Positions 34,037 through 44,020 are shown, counted from the stretch's first letter. The stretch is 64,000 bases of DNA from Kiritimatiellia bacterium (GCA_017514235.1 JAFWKK010000014.1:19061-83060), one strand, 5' to 3'. Notes: generated by a model not told the origin, from the sequence alone. Numbers and translations are program-made.

Positions 34037-35338
34037 ATGAACCCCATATCAAAACCGGACTTCACGCCGGTGCCCGAACTGCGCAAAATGCAGCTTGCGA
34101 AGCTGCAGAAGCTCATACCTTACGAATACGAACACGTTGCCCTCTTCCGGCAGCGTTGCGACGAGAAAGGCGTAAAGCCGCGCGACCTCGTGACGCTTGC
34201 CGACCTCGCCAAGTTCCCATTCATGAAGAAGACGGACCTTCGCGACGAGTATCCGCTAGGGCTCACCGCCGCACCGATGCACGACATCGTACGCTTCCAC
34301 TGCTCCTCCGGCACTACCGGCAAGCCGATCTGCATTCCCAGCACGCAGGGCGACCTTGACATCTGGTCGGAAGGCGCGGCGCGGTGTCTCGCGATGTACG
34401 GCATAACGCAGGACGACGTGGTGCAGGTCTCGTACGGCTACGGGCTGTTCACCGGCGGGCTGGGCGCCCACTACGGCGCGGAACGCCTCGGCTGCGCAGT
34501 CCTACCAACTGGAGCAGGCAACACCGAAAAGCAGATCATGCTGATGCAGGACCTCGGCGTAACCGTCATCTGCTGCACCCCGAGCTACTTCCTGCATCTC
34601 GCAACGGTCGCCGAGAAGATGGGCATCGACTTTCGCCGCGACACAAAGCTCAAGCACGGCGTCTTCGGAGCCGAGCCGTGGACGGACGAGATCCGCGAGA
34701 GAATCGAGCAGATCTCGGGAATCACCGCACACGACATCTACGGGCTGACCGAGATCGCCGGTCCGGGTGTCGCCGGCAACTGCCAGCACTGCCACGGCCT
34801 CCACATCTGGGAAGACCATTTCTATCCAGAAATCATCGACCCCGACACGCTGGAGGTGCTGCCGGACGGCGAGCAGGGCGAGCTGGTATTCACGACGCTC
34901 GACCGCTTAGGCACCCCGATGGTCCGCTACCGCACGCGCGACATCTCGCGCCTCCAGACCGGCGAATGCCCCTGTGGACGCACCATGCGCGTCATGGACC
35001 GCATCCACGCCCGCTCCGACGACATGCTGATAATCCACGGCGTGAACGTGTTCCCAAGCCAAATAGAGGCGTGTCTCATGAAGGTGCCGGAGGTTGCTCC
35101 GCACTACATGATAGACTTGTCCTCCACAGATACTATGGACCGCTTCGAAATAAAGGTCGAAGTTACCGCCGAGGCGTTCTCCGACGACATACGCGCCCTC
35201 GAGGGACTGCGGCGCCGCGTCCTCGACGCCGTGAAGTCCGTAGTCGGCCTCTCTCCGAAGATCACGCTCGTGGCGCCCGGCTCGCTGCCGCGTTCAGAGG
35301 GAAAGATAAAGCGCGTCATCGACAACCGCCGCAAGTGA
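34037..35338 (+). CDS. paaK: phenylacetate--CoA ligase family protein
   Basis: The adenylate-forming PaaK/F390-synthetase pattern is present (FHCSSGTTGKPI, YGLTE, GRTMRVMDRIHARSDDMLIIHGVNVFPSQIE). Confidence 0.9.
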   Translation: MNPISKPDFTPVPELRKMQLAKLQKLIPYEYEHVALFRQRCDEKGVKPRDLVTLADLAKFPFMKKTDLRDEYPLGLTAAPMHDIVRFHCSSGTTGKPICIPSTQGDLDIWSEGAARCLAMYGITQDDVVQVSYGYGLFTGGLGAHYGAERLGCAVLPTGAGNTEKQIMLMQDLGVTVICCTPSYFLHLATVAEKMGIDFRRDTKLKHGVFGAEPWTDEIRERIEQISGITAHDIYGLTEIAGPGVAGNCQHCHGLHIWEDHFYPEIIDPDTLEVLPDGEQGELVFTTLDRLGTPMVRYRTRDISRLQTGECPCGRTMRVMDRIHARSDDMLIIHGVNVFPSQIEACLMKVPEVAPHYMIDLSSTDTMDRFEIKVEVTAEAFSDDIRALEGLRRRVLDAVKSVVGLSPKITLVAPGSLPRSEGKIKRVIDNRRK

Positions 35339-35351
35339 AAGGAGCAGAACC

Positions 35352-35750
35352 ATGACCATCAAGCAACTGTCAGTGTTCCTGGAGAACAAGCCCGGCCAGC
35401 TTGCCGGCATAATGAAGACGCTTGCCGAGGCTGACGTGAACATCGTCACGCTGTCGCTCGCCAACGCGCCGGAGTTCGGCATCGTCCGCATGATTGCCGA
35501 CGACCACGTCAAGGGCGCTGACGCGCTCGCGAAAGCCGGCTACGCCGTGCGCGAAACCGAGGTCGTCGCCGTAACCGTGCCGGACAGGCCGGGTGGCATG
35601 GCGGACCTCACCGCGAAGCTCGACCGCGCCGGCGTCGACATCGAATACTCCTACGCCTACTCGCTCGGACACGGGGAGAAGGCCATCCTGGTATTCAGGT
35701 TCGACGACAACGCTAAGGCCGAGGCCGCCCTCGCCGCCGAACAGACCTAA
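35352..35750 (+). CDS. ACT-domain protein (amino-acid-binding regulatory domain pair)
   Basis: Two ACT-like halves are present (QLSVFLENKPGQLAGIMKTLAEADVNI; VAVTVPDRPGGMADLTAKLDRAGVDI). This is the usual partner of PaaK in anaerobes. Confidence 0.85.
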   Translation: MTIKQLSVFLENKPGQLAGIMKTLAEADVNIVTLSLANAPEFGIVRMIADDHVKGADALAKAGYAVRETEVVAVTVPDRPGGMADLTAKLDRAGVDIEYSYAYSLGHGEKAILVFRFDDNAKAEAALAAEQT

Positions 35751-35760
35751 TGCGCAGACA

Positions 35761-36129
35761 CTAACGTTTGCCTGCGCCGACCTTGAGTCCGGCCAGGCGA
35801 ACGGAAAGCCTGGCAGAGGACAGAATCATCTCGAACAGCCGGATGTACTGGGCCTTCTCGGCCTCGTAGCGCGGCGGCACCCGCATCTTGCGAGCATCCG
35901 CCAGCGCCATCTCGGCCTGCGGAAGGTACTTCGCAATAACCGGCAGCTTTTCAGGCGCCGCCTCGTACTCGGCGCCGAAGCTCTCGAAGACCGGCATGTA
36001 CTTCTTCGTCACGGGACCGAAGAACCCCGCCGCCCTGTCCAGCTTCTCCTGAGGCAGCATGGACGACACCATCTGCTCAACGGGGAGCGCGCAGAGCATG
36101 AACGCGGCGACTGCGAGAAGCAACTTCAT
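35761..36129 (-). CDS. hypothetical secreted protein
   Basis: Signal peptide MKLLLAVAAFMLCALP. It lies directly downstream of glnS. I recognised no family. Confidence 0.5.
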   Translation of the reverse strand: MKLLLAVAAFMLCALPVEQMVSSMLPQEKLDRAAGFFGPVTKKYMPVFESFGAEYEAAPEKLPVIAKYLPQAEMALADARKMRVPPRYEAEKAQYIRLFEMILSSARLSVRLAGLKVGAGKR

Positions 36130-36138
36130 GGGGCGCCC

Positions 36139-37854
36139 TCACGCCGGCTTGTAGCCGTCCTTCAGCGAACACGTGCGGTTGAAGACCGGGGCGCCCGGCT
36201 TCGAGTCGAACTCGTCGGCGACGAAGTATCCGGTGCGTTCGAACTGGAAGCGGTCAAGCCCCTTCGCCTCGCCCAGCGCCGGCTCGACGTAGGCAGAGAC
36301 GACTTTCAGCGAATCCGGATTCAGATACTTCAGGAAGTTGTCAGGACCGTCCTTCATAGGATCCTTCTCCGTAAAGAGCCGATCGTAAAGGCGGACCTCG
36401 GCCTTGACGCCCGTCGCGCAGTCAACCCAGTGGATGGTTCCCTTCACCTTGCGCCCGTCCGCCGCGTTGCCGCCCCACGACTGCTCGTCCCAGGTGCCGT
36501 GTATCTCGACGACCTTGCCGGAACCGTCTTTCACGCAGCCAGTGCAACGGAATATGCACGCACCACGCAGGCGGACCTCCTGGCCGGGTGCCATACGGAA
36601 GAACTTCTTCTCGGGAACCTCCATGAAGTCGGAGCGGTCGATCCAGACCGTGCCTCCGAACGGCATGCGCCGCGTACCTGCCGACTCGTCGAGCGGATTG
36701 TTCGGCAGCTCCACGTCACGCGCGCCTCCCGCCCAGTTGTCGACGACGACCTTAACAGGGTCCAGAACCGCCATGCGCCGCGCAGCCGTGCGGTTCAGCT
36801 CCTCGCGGACGCACCACTCGAGAAGCGCGGGGTCGCTCTCCGACTCCACCTTCGACACGCCTATGCGGTCGCAGAACTCGCGTATCGCCCCGGGCGTATA
36901 GCCACGCCGGCGCATTCCGCACACCGTCGGCATGCGCGGATCGTTCCACCCGGAGACCACGCCCTCCTGCACCATCTGCAGCAGGAGACGCTTCGACATG
37001 ACCGTATACGTGAGGTTGAGGCGTGCGAACTCGCGCTGCTGCGTGCGTATCTTGACGCCGTTCCTGACTGGCAGGAGCCCCTGCTCGTCCATTCGGTCGA
37101 CGACCCAGTCGTAGAGCGGGCGGTGCACCTCGAACTCCAGCGTGCACATCGAATGCGTCACGCCTTCCAGCGCGTCCTCGATCGGGTGCGCGAAGTCATA
37201 CATCGGATACACGCACCACTTGTCGCCAAGGTGGTAGTGGGCGACATGGCGGATCCTGTAGATCACAGGATCACGGAAATGAATGTTCGGCGAAGCCATG
37301 TCGATCTTGGCGCGAAGGCACCACTCGCCGTCGGCGTACTTGCCGTCGCGCATCTCGCGGAAGATGCGCAAGTTGCGCTCGGGGTCGGTGTCGCGGGACG
37401 GGCTGGGCTTCCCCGGCTTCTCCGGCACGCCGCGGTACGCCTTCCACTCCTCCTGCGTAAGGTTGCAGCAGTAGGCCTGGCCGCGGCGGACAAGCTCTTC
37501 CGCAATGGCGTACATCTTGTCGAACATGTTAGACGCATTGTAGAAGCCGGGCTCGCCGGAATCGCCTTCGCCGGACCACTGGAAGCCGAGCCAGTTGATG
37601 TCGCGCTTGATGTTCTCGGCGTACTCGTCGGACTCCTTCGTCGGGTTCGTGTCGTCGAGGCGAAGATGGCATTCGCCGCCGAAGAGCTTCGCCATGCCAA
37701 AGTCGACGCACACGGCCTTCGCGTGCCCGATGTGAATGTAGCCGTTGGGCTCTGGCGGGAAGCGCGTCACGACCTTGCCGCCGGTCTTGCCGTCGGCAAC
37801 GTCCTTCTCGATCCACTGCCTGAGAAAATGCCTGGAAGTGTCTGATTCGCTCAT
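36139..37854 (-). CDS. glnS: glutamine--tRNA ligase
   Basis: TRFPPEPNGYIHIGHAK (HIGH motif), VMSKR (KMSKS motif) and an N-terminus collinear with E. coli GlnRS. Confidence 0.97.
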   Translation of the reverse strand: MSESDTSRHFLRQWIEKDVADGKTGGKVVTRFPPEPNGYIHIGHAKAVCVDFGMAKLFGGECHLRLDDTNPTKESDEYAENIKRDINWLGFQWSGEGDSGEPGFYNASNMFDKMYAIAEELVRRGQAYCCNLTQEEWKAYRGVPEKPGKPSPSRDTDPERNLRIFREMRDGKYADGEWCLRAKIDMASPNIHFRDPVIYRIRHVAHYHLGDKWCVYPMYDFAHPIEDALEGVTHSMCTLEFEVHRPLYDWVVDRMDEQGLLPVRNGVKIRTQQREFARLNLTYTVMSKRLLLQMVQEGVVSGWNDPRMPTVCGMRRRGYTPGAIREFCDRIGVSKVESESDPALLEWCVREELNRTAARRMAVLDPVKVVVDNWAGGARDVELPNNPLDESAGTRRMPFGGTVWIDRSDFMEVPEKKFFRMAPGQEVRLRGACIFRCTGCVKDGSGKVVEIHGTWDEQSWGGNAADGRKVKGTIHWVDCATGVKAEVRLYDRLFTEKDPMKDGPDNFLKYLNPDSLKVVSAYVEPALGEAKGLDRFQFERTGYFVADEFDSKPGAPVFNRTCSLKDGYKPA

Positions 37855-37864
37855 ATGTCTGTGT

Positions 37865-37870
37865 AGTATA
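37865..37870 (-). promoter_or_regulatory. extended -10 (TGGTATACT) 10 nt upstream of the glnS ATG
   Basis: The minus strand reads TTTTGGTATACTACACAGACATATG. Confidence 0.5.
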
Positions 37871-37891
37871 CCAAAATTCGCCCCGTCCCGG

Positions 37892-38374
37892 TCAATCGAA
37901 CGCGATGCAGACCAGCGTCGCCCATGCGATTCCCACCAGCATTCCCCAGAACACCTCCTTGCGGGTGTGGCCTAGCAGCTCGCGGAAGCGCCTCTGCGGA
38001 TCGAACTTCAGTTCCTTGATGTCGCGGACTATCGCGTTGAGGACCCTTGCATGCTCGCCGGCCGCGCGACGCACCGTCGCGGCGTCGAACATCGTGATCA
38101 CCGCGAACGCCATCGCCAGCACGCATTCGGCGGACCCGAACCCATTAGCGTAGCCTATGCCGAACGCAAGGCCGGAAACCGTAGCGGAATGGCTGGACGG
38201 CATGCCGCCCGTTGCCACCAAGTACGTGAAGTCGAACTCATGGGTCTTCCAGGCGGCGATTGCCATCTTGATGACGGAGGCGACAATCCAGCCGCCAAGG
38301 CCGCACCAGAACACGCGCGAGGTGAAGATATCCCAGACCTCGTGATGGCTGATTGCCGCGAGCACCTGCGTCAC
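37892..38374 (-). CDS. divergent PAP2-family (DUF212) membrane protein
   Basis: [11 protein letters not shown] motif and 4-5 TM segments. The GTG start overlaps the prfA stop (GTGA). Confidence 0.8.
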   Translation of the reverse strand: MTQVLAAISHHEVWDIFTSRVFWCGLGGWIVASVIKMAIAAWKTHEFDFTYLVATGGMPSSHSATVSGLAFGIGYANGFGSAECVLAMAFAVITMFDAATVRRAAGEHARVLNAIVRDIKELKFDPQRRFRELLGHTRKEVFWGMLVGIAWATLVCIAFD

Positions 38375-39360
38375 GCCTCCTTCGCGGCAAGCGCGCGGCT
38401 AACACGGTCATCGATGTCGTGGTCGCGAAGAGCGTCGAGCAGCGTCTGCATGTCACCCTCGATTATCGTGTCCAAAGAATGAAGCGTAAGCCCTATGCGG
38501 TGGTCGGTGAGCCTGTTTTGCGGAAAGTTGTAGGTGCGTATCTTCTCCGACCTGTCGCCGCTGCCGCGCAGCGTCATGCGGTCGGCCCCGGCCTTGGCCT
38601 CCTCCTCGCGGCGCCGCAGGCCCAGTATGCGCGCCTTAAGCGTCGCGAAGCACTTCTCGCGGTTGCGGATCTGGCTGCGCTCGTCCTGGCAGACGGCAAC
38701 AAGCCCCGTGGGCAGGTGCGTCATGCGAACCGCGCTTTCAGTCTTGTTAACGTGCTGCCCGCCAGCTCCGCCGGCGCAGAACAGGTCGATGCGGATGTCC
38801 TTCTCGGGAATCTCAATGTCATCGCTCTCGTCGGCCTCGGGAAACACGACGACGGTCGCCGCCGACGTGTGAATGCGGCCCTGCGCCTCCGTCGCCGGAA
38901 CGCGCTGCACGCGGTGGCCGCCCGACTCGAACCTAAACGCGCCGTAAGCCCCTTCCCCGGCAACGGTGAACACGATTTCCTTGAAGCCGTCAAGCGAAGT
39001 GGCGTTGGAGTGCATGACCGACACCTTCCAGCCCTTCGACTCGCAATAGCGAGAATACATGCGGAAGAGATCCCCCGCGAAGAGAGCCGCCTCCTCCCCG
39101 CCGGTGCCGGCGCGAATCTCCATCACGGCGTTACGCCCCTCCACCGGGTCCGGCGGCAGGAGCGCGGCGGCCAGGTCGCGCTCAGTCGCCTCGCCAAGCT
39201 GGTATGCCACGTAGGCGTAGTCCAGGCGCTTTAGCGCCGAATAATCAGCCAGCACCGCGCGGTAGCGCGCCCGGTCGTTGAAAACAGACGGGTCGCCCAA
39301 CTCCGCCTCGACGGACTTCAGGCGACCCAGCGCTTGCTCGATCTGGCCGACGTCAACCAA
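38371..39360 (-). CDS. prfA: peptide chain release factor 1
   Basis: GGQ motif ([15 protein letters not shown]) and the RF1-specific PAT tripeptide ([14 protein letters not shown]). TTG start 6 nt after the rpmE stop. Confidence 0.93.
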   Translation of the reverse strand: MVDVGQIEQALGRLKSVEAELGDPSVFNDRARYRAVLADYSALKRLDYAYVAYQLGEATERDLAAALLPPDPVEGRNAVMEIRAGTGGEEAALFAGDLFRMYSRYCESKGWKVSVMHSNATSLDGFKEIVFTVAGEGAYGAFRFESGGHRVQRVPATEAQGRIHTSAATVVVFPEADESDDIEIPEKDIRIDLFCAGGAGGQHVNKTESAVRMTHLPTGLVAVCQDERSQIRNREKCFATLKARILGLRRREEEAKAGADRMTLRGSGDRSEKIRTYNFPQNRLTDHRIGLTLHSLDTIIEGDMQTLLDALRDHDIDDRVSRALAAKEA

Positions 39361-39366
39361 GCCAGA

Positions 39367-39576
39367 TCACTTCTTCGCGAACTTCGCGTAGCGCTTGCGG
39401 AACGAGTCGACCCGCCCCTCGGTGTCGACCATGGTCTTCGCACCGGTGAAATAAGGATGGCAGGCCGAGCAAGTGTTGACCGTCATCTCCTTGCGAGTGG
39501 AACGCGTCTTCATGACGTTGCCGCACGCGCAGGTGATGGTGGCGTCTTCATACTTCGGATGGATGTCGCTCTTCAT
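39367..39576 (-). CDS. rpmE: 50S ribosomal protein L31
   Basis: MKSDIHPKY...CACGN...CSACHPYFTG. AAGGAGAA SD upstream. Confidence 0.95.
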   Translation of the reverse strand: MKSDIHPKYEDATITCACGNVMKTRSTRKEMTVNTCSACHPYFTGAKTMVDTEGRVDSFRKRYAKFAKK

Positions 39577-39603
39577 GATTCTCCTTCTTGAAACTGAATG
39601 TGT

Positions 39604-39609
39604 ATTATA
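39604..39609 (-). promoter_or_regulatory. extended -10 (TGATATAAT) for rpmE-prfA-PAP2
   Basis: The minus strand reads GATTATGATATAATAC, 27 nt upstream of the rpmE ATG. Confidence 0.55.
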
Positions 39610-39642
39610 TCATAATCGCCGAAAACACGCAAGAGCCCCAAC

Positions 39643-41151
39643 TTACGGATCAAGGCGCGGACGATACACCGGCGCAAGCGCGTCATGGACGCGACGGTAG
39701 CATGCGAAGAGACGGCCGTACTTCGCGGCAACGGACGGATCCGGCTCGATTCTCCGCGAAATCTTGAGGCACCTCGTCACCGCAGACTTCACGTCGGGGA
39801 AAAGCCCCGCGCCGACGCCGGCCAGAAGCGCGGCGCCGAAGCTCGCGTCGCCAGGCTCCGGAACAGCGACCGTGCAGTCGAACACGTTCGCTACGATATC
39901 GCTCCAAAGCCGCGAACGGGCTCCGCCGCCGATGAGGAATATGCGCTTCACGGGAAGCTTCATCTCCTCCAGCGTGCGGTAGCAGTCGCGAAGCGAGAAC
40001 GCCACGCCTTCCATCAGCGCACGGGCGAAGTCGCCGCGAGTCGTCGAGATCGAGACGCCTGTGAAAGACGCGCGAAGATTCGGATCCCAGTACGGGCACC
40101 TCTCGCCCTGCAAGTAAGGATGGAAGAACACTCCGTTCGCACCGACGCCCGAAGACGACGCCTCGCTGTCTATGAGCGAATAGGCGCCGCCGGACGCTTC
40201 CAGCCGCTCCACGCTGCAGTCGCCGTAAAACGAATCCCTAAGCCACCTCATGCATAGCGCGGCGGCGTTCGTCGCGGAAACGGAATACCACATTCCCGGC
40301 ACGATGTGCGAGTAGGTTAGGGTCTTCGGATGCGGATGCGCCGCCGCCGTCATGGAGTTGACGTTGCCGGCCGTCGCAAGCTTGATGATCAGGTCTCCAG
40401 GCTCCACCGCGCCCGCGCCATAGTCCTCGACCGCGCTGTCGCTCGACCCGCACACCACCGGAAGGCCCTCGGGAAGCCCTGTCGCGGCGGCCGCTCCTGC
40501 GGTCACGCAGCCTACGACATCCGTCGGTTCGACAAAGCGCGGAAGCTTCTCGCGGGAGAGCCCGGCCAGCACGACAAGATCGTCGCACCAGTCGCCCTTC
40601 GCCATGTCGAAGAAAAGAGTGCCCTGGGCTTCGATGCGGTCTGTCGCCGCCTTGCCCGTAAGCAGGTAGCGCACATAATCCTTGACGAACAGCACGTGCT
40701 CCGTCTTCGCAAGCGCTTCCGGCTCGTTAGCCTTGAGCCACATCATCTGCGGAAGAGTCCATGTAGGCGCGGGCATCTGGAAGCACGTTGAGAATATCCT
40801 TTCGCCCCAGCCGGCCTTCAGCGCCTCGCATTCCGCAGTCGCGCGCTGGTCCGTCCACATGATCGTGCGGCGGACCGGCTTCCAGCCGGCGTCAAGCAGC
40901 ACGGCATTGTGCGTGGAGCCGTCCAGGGCACAGGCGACGACGGACTTCAGGTCGACGCCGCCTGCCGCAAGCTTCTTAAGCGATGCGGCGAGTGCGCTCC
41001 ACCAGTCCTGCGGATCCTGTTCGCTCCATCCGGGGTGATCGTGGTAGGTTGGGAACTCAGTCGACGCTTCGCCCGCGAACGAGCCATCCGCGCCAATCGC
41101 CGTGACCTTGCACCCGCCGGTTCCGTAGTCAATGCCAAGCAGAAGTTTCAT
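39643..41151 (-). CDS. FGGY-family carbohydrate kinase (xylulokinase-like)
   Basis: MKLLLGIDYGTGGCK N-terminus, EQDPQDWW, and the C-terminal FGGY domain (IFLIGGGARSRLW). Confidence 0.88.
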   Translation of the reverse strand: MKLLLGIDYGTGGCKVTAIGADGSFAGEASTEFPTYHDHPGWSEQDPQDWWSALAASLKKLAAGGVDLKSVVACALDGSTHNAVLLDAGWKPVRRTIMWTDQRATAECEALKAGWGERIFSTCFQMPAPTWTLPQMMWLKANEPEALAKTEHVLFVKDYVRYLLTGKAATDRIEAQGTLFFDMAKGDWCDDLVVLAGLSREKLPRFVEPTDVVGCVTAGAAAATGLPEGLPVVCGSSDSAVEDYGAGAVEPGDLIIKLATAGNVNSMTAAAHPHPKTLTYSHIVPGMWYSVSATNAAALCMRWLRDSFYGDCSVERLEASGGAYSLIDSEASSSGVGANGVFFHPYLQGERCPYWDPNLRASFTGVSISTTRGDFARALMEGVAFSLRDCYRTLEEMKLPVKRIFLIGGGARSRLWSDIVANVFDCTVAVPEPGDASFGAALLAGVGAGLFPDVKSAVTRCLKISRRIEPDPSVAAKYGRLFACYRRVHDALAPVYRPRLDP

Positions 41152-41159
41152 GATACGCT

Positions 41160-41165
41160 ATTATA
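41160..41165 (-). promoter_or_regulatory. extended -10 (TGGTATAAT) 8 nt upstream of ATG 41151 (leaderless kinase mRNA)
   Basis: The minus strand reads TTATGGTATAATAGCGTATCATG. Confidence 0.55.
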
Positions 41166-41412
41166 CCATAACGGCGCACTTAAGGAGGTTCAGCATCGTG
41201 GCCTGGAACTGAAGCGACGGGACGATTCCTGCGGCCTTGGCGTCCTTGACAGCCACGGCAAGAACCTCGGCGCGAGCGCGGTGCCAGTCAAGCGACGGCA
41301 CCCCGGTTCCGGTCGAAAACCATATCTCGTCGCAACAGCCGGGATTCTCAGCAATCGCCTTGCTCATAATACTTTTCTCACATTGCGCATGATCCTGTTG
41401 TGGCAACGACAT
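41161..41412 (-). CDS. hypothetical 83-aa ORF (possibly a gene remnant)
   Basis: Support is the ORF track only. No promoter or strong SD was seen. The downstream kinase's promoter lies at its 3' end. Confidence 0.25.
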   Translation of the reverse strand: MSLPQQDHAQCEKSIMSKAIAENPGCCDEIWFSTGTGVPSLDWHRARAEVLAVAVKDAKAAGIVPSLQFQATMLNLLKCAVMV

Positions 41413-41476
41413 TCTTCATGGCGAACGCTCCGCAGTTGAGAACCATTCTCCGCGCACAATCGCTTTCGCGGTCATG

Positions 41477-41507
41477 ATGCAATGCGTTTATTTGCTTCGC
41501 ATTGCAT
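41477..41507 (-). terminator. perfect 10-bp stem hairpin (ATGCAATGCG-N11-CGCATTGCAT) abutting the stop codon of the beta-helix gene
   Basis: Arms and loop read directly from the sequence. No U-tract follows, so terminator function is uncertain. Confidence 0.4.
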
Positions 41508-43879
41508 TACTGCTGCGGCACATTCGGATAGCAGAGAAAGGCCTTAAGCGGAAGCTCGCTGCCATTCGGAAGCCTTCTGCGAAACGGATGCTCGCTTAGG
41601 AAGTCAAATCCGTCCACCTCCGCCAGCCGCACCTGCGACTCGGGCGTGTCGGTGCAGACAGTTGCCCTGCCGGCGCGAAGCCGCTGGCAAAGCTGCACCG
41701 AGAAGCCGCCTTCGATGTACGTCGTTGCATCCTTGCCGTACTGGTAGACGGCTGTAAGGCCGTCCCATTCGCCGCCGAAGCGCATGTCGTAGGCGCGGAA
41801 CGTCCCGTAGTTGTCAACCCAGCGGAAATCGCCGACCTGCTCCGGCGTCGGCTTCTCGTTTATCTTTGAGAATGGCCATACGAATTCGAAAAACATAGGC
41901 GATGCAAGAACCGAATGGAATTCAAGCCTCCCGCCGGCGAGATTCGTCATCGGACAATACGACGACTTCTCCTCGCCCTTGCGATGGTTGACGCCCGGAT
42001 TGAACTGCGAGCCGTCCAGAAGCATCGGATCGGCGTTGCCTCGGTAGATGTCGTGGGCATGGGCGTTGCAGCCGCTCATCTCGATGCGCATTGAGCTTTT
42101 TCCCTTCACGACCGAATGCACGGAGGACTCGGCTTGGTCAAAGAAGCCACAGAAGAAGAAACGCGCACGTCCGGTCGGAACATCAGCCTGGAGGACATGT
42201 CGCCCGCCTCGGAAAAGAATGTTCTCAAATACGACGTCGGCGCCCTCTTCGACCGTAAACATCGGCTCTGCGTCCGTCCTCCCCGTCAGGACGGCGATTC
42301 CATCCACGGTCACGCGAACCTTTCCGCGCAACCGGATCGGCGTTCTCACCGTCAGCCAACGCGGCGGCAGGCAGACCGTGCAGGAAGCGCCGGACGACCC
42401 GTCCATAGCACGGGCAAAGAGCAGGTGCAGCTTTTGATCGTCCGCATGGAGCAGCATATGCGCAGAGTCCGAACCAATGGATGCGTCGGCATAGGCCTTT
42501 CCCCACTCCGACGGCTCAATCTGCCCAAAGTGCTCCGTGTCAGGTTCGTAGGCGTCCGCTGGCGGCGTCCTAAAGACGCGTTGGAGCAGCTTCGGCATCC
42601 GCGTGTCGAACACTGCAGGATCGACTCCCGACACGGTAACGCCGTACGTTCGCTCGAACGCCATTTTAGGCGGCAAGTATCTGGATCGCTCCTCGGCCCG
42701 CGCAAGCCAAGCCGGAATCTCGCTCTCGATCGGTTCCTCTTCGAACTCAAACAAGGGCTTGGCCTTGGGAAGCCGCTTCACGGCCTCGACGCCACGCACG
42801 GAGAGAATGTTGGGAAGCGTCCACTTCGGGATGCGGATGGCCGGCGCAAGTCCAGTGTCCAGACGAAGGTTGCGTATCGCAAGACGCGTGCCGATCGTGC
42901 TCATGCACCCCTGCCCAGCCGCCAGAATCGCCGTCAGGTCGCCGTCGGACTTCACTTCGCAATCCTGGATCGTCGTAATGAGGTGGCGCGTCTTGATGGC
43001 GTATTGCTCCAAGTCGGGGTTGCGCGCAACATCGAACTTGACACGCTGAAGAAGCGTCTTCGACTTCACCTCCACTGCCGGACCAGACGCCCAGCGCGGA
43101 ACCTTGACCGTGCAGTCCCGCACGATCTGCCCGTCAGAGACGATGTCGAGCGCCTTAGCGTTGTCCTCGAACCGGCACCGTTCGATCAGCAGCAACGCCG
43201 AAGAGTAGTTACCCTTCATCAGGGACGGATCGCGCGGCGTGACATCGCAGCGACCGTCGCTGCGGCGCGTGACGATGCAGGGCGAGCAGTCCGACTCGTT
43301 GTGATCCATCTCGCCATGCACCGGCTTGTCCTTCCATGCGTAGGTGCGGTAGGAAAAGCTCAGTTGGGTTGCCCGTCTGAATGTGCACTTCTGGACTATC
43401 ATCGGACCGGTGCCGTCAATCGTCCAGATGCGGAGCTGCGTGCGGCCGCCCTCGAAGACAAGGTTCTCCACCCTCGTGTACTGCATGTACTGCATGAAGA
43501 ACGAGTCCTGTCCGTCGGATTCGTTGCGGATTATTGCCCCGTCCTCGCCCCGCAGGGTCTGCGGATGGGTGAACACGACCGGCCCAGTAATTCGATAGAT
43601 TCCTTTCGGGAAAAAGACCTCGCGCGCTGGACCATACAGCGATGCGGAGATGAACCGTTTGCGCAGCGGAGCGAAATCGCGATCCGCAAGGTGCTTCCCG
43701 TCCGGGTAAACGGCGTCCGCCGCCTTCTGCAGAGCCAGTGTGTCGTCATGGACACCATCGCCGACAGCCCCAAAATCCTTGACGTTGATGCTGCCGTATC
43801 CGGCACATGCGCACATGAAAGCCACCAACACGGCAAGTATTGAGCTTGGCTTCCCATCAAGTGCTTTTCCTGTTGCCAT
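41507..43879 (-). CDS. secreted right-handed beta-helix protein (pectate-lyase-superfamily / GH28-related N-terminal domain)
   Basis: INVKDFGAVGDGVHDDTLALQKAADAV is the classic Pectate_lyase_3-type opening. A signal-anchor is present (SSILAVLVAFMCACAG). I trimmed the start to ATG 43879, which follows AAGGAAG. Confidence 0.75.
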   Translation of the reverse strand: MATGKALDGKPSSILAVLVAFMCACAGYGSINVKDFGAVGDGVHDDTLALQKAADAVYPDGKHLADRDFAPLRKRFISASLYGPAREVFFPKGIYRITGPVVFTHPQTLRGEDGAIIRNESDGQDSFFMQYMQYTRVENLVFEGGRTQLRIWTIDGTGPMIVQKCTFRRATQLSFSYRTYAWKDKPVHGEMDHNESDCSPCIVTRRSDGRCDVTPRDPSLMKGNYSSALLLIERCRFEDNAKALDIVSDGQIVRDCTVKVPRWASGPAVEVKSKTLLQRVKFDVARNPDLEQYAIKTRHLITTIQDCEVKSDGDLTAILAAGQGCMSTIGTRLAIRNLRLDTGLAPAIRIPKWTLPNILSVRGVEAVKRLPKAKPLFEFEEEPIESEIPAWLARAEERSRYLPPKMAFERTYGVTVSGVDPAVFDTRMPKLLQRVFRTPPADAYEPDTEHFGQIEPSEWGKAYADASIGSDSAHMLLHADDQKLHLLFARAMDGSSGASCTVCLPPRWLTVRTPIRLRGKVRVTVDGIAVLTGRTDAEPMFTVEEGADVVFENILFRGGRHVLQADVPTGRARFFFCGFFDQAESSVHSVVKGKSSMRIEMSGCNAHAHDIYRGNADPMLLDGSQFNPGVNHRKGEEKSSYCPMTNLAGGRLEFHSVLASPMFFEFVWPFSKINEKPTPEQVGDFRWVDNYGTFRAYDMRFGGEWDGLTAVYQYGKDATTYIEGGFSVQLCQRLRAGRATVCTDTPESQVRLAEVDGFDFLSEHPFRRRLPNGSELPLKAFLCYPNVPQQ

Positions 43880-43913
43880 GAATACTTCCTTTCTTGCCCG
43901 TTTGTTGGCGCAT

Positions 43914-43919
43914 ATTATA
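43914..43919 (-). promoter_or_regulatory. -10 element TATAAT followed by ATGCGCC, for the beta-helix gene
   Basis: The minus strand reads TACTATAATATGCGCCAAC. Confidence 0.5.
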
Positions 43920-43942
43920 GTAAAAAGGCATTCTCTATCCAA

Positions 43943-43958
43943 CCCTACGAATGTAGGG
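43943..43958. promoter_or_regulatory. palindromic operator candidate CCCTAC-GAAT-GTAGGG (copy A)
   Basis: It lies exactly 23 nt upstream of the -10 hexamer. An identical 16-mer sits at identical spacing at 54815-54830. Confidence 0.55.
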
Positions 43959-43964
43959 GGGGGG
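43956..43964. repeat. G9 homopolymer overlapping the distal arm of operator copy A
   Basis: Counted directly: atgtaGGGGGGGGGaggagg. Confidence 0.95.
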
Positions 43965-44020
43965 AGGAGGACGGGCACCCAAATGGGCCATCCATGCCGC
44001 GCACGTTCCTTGCACCACTT

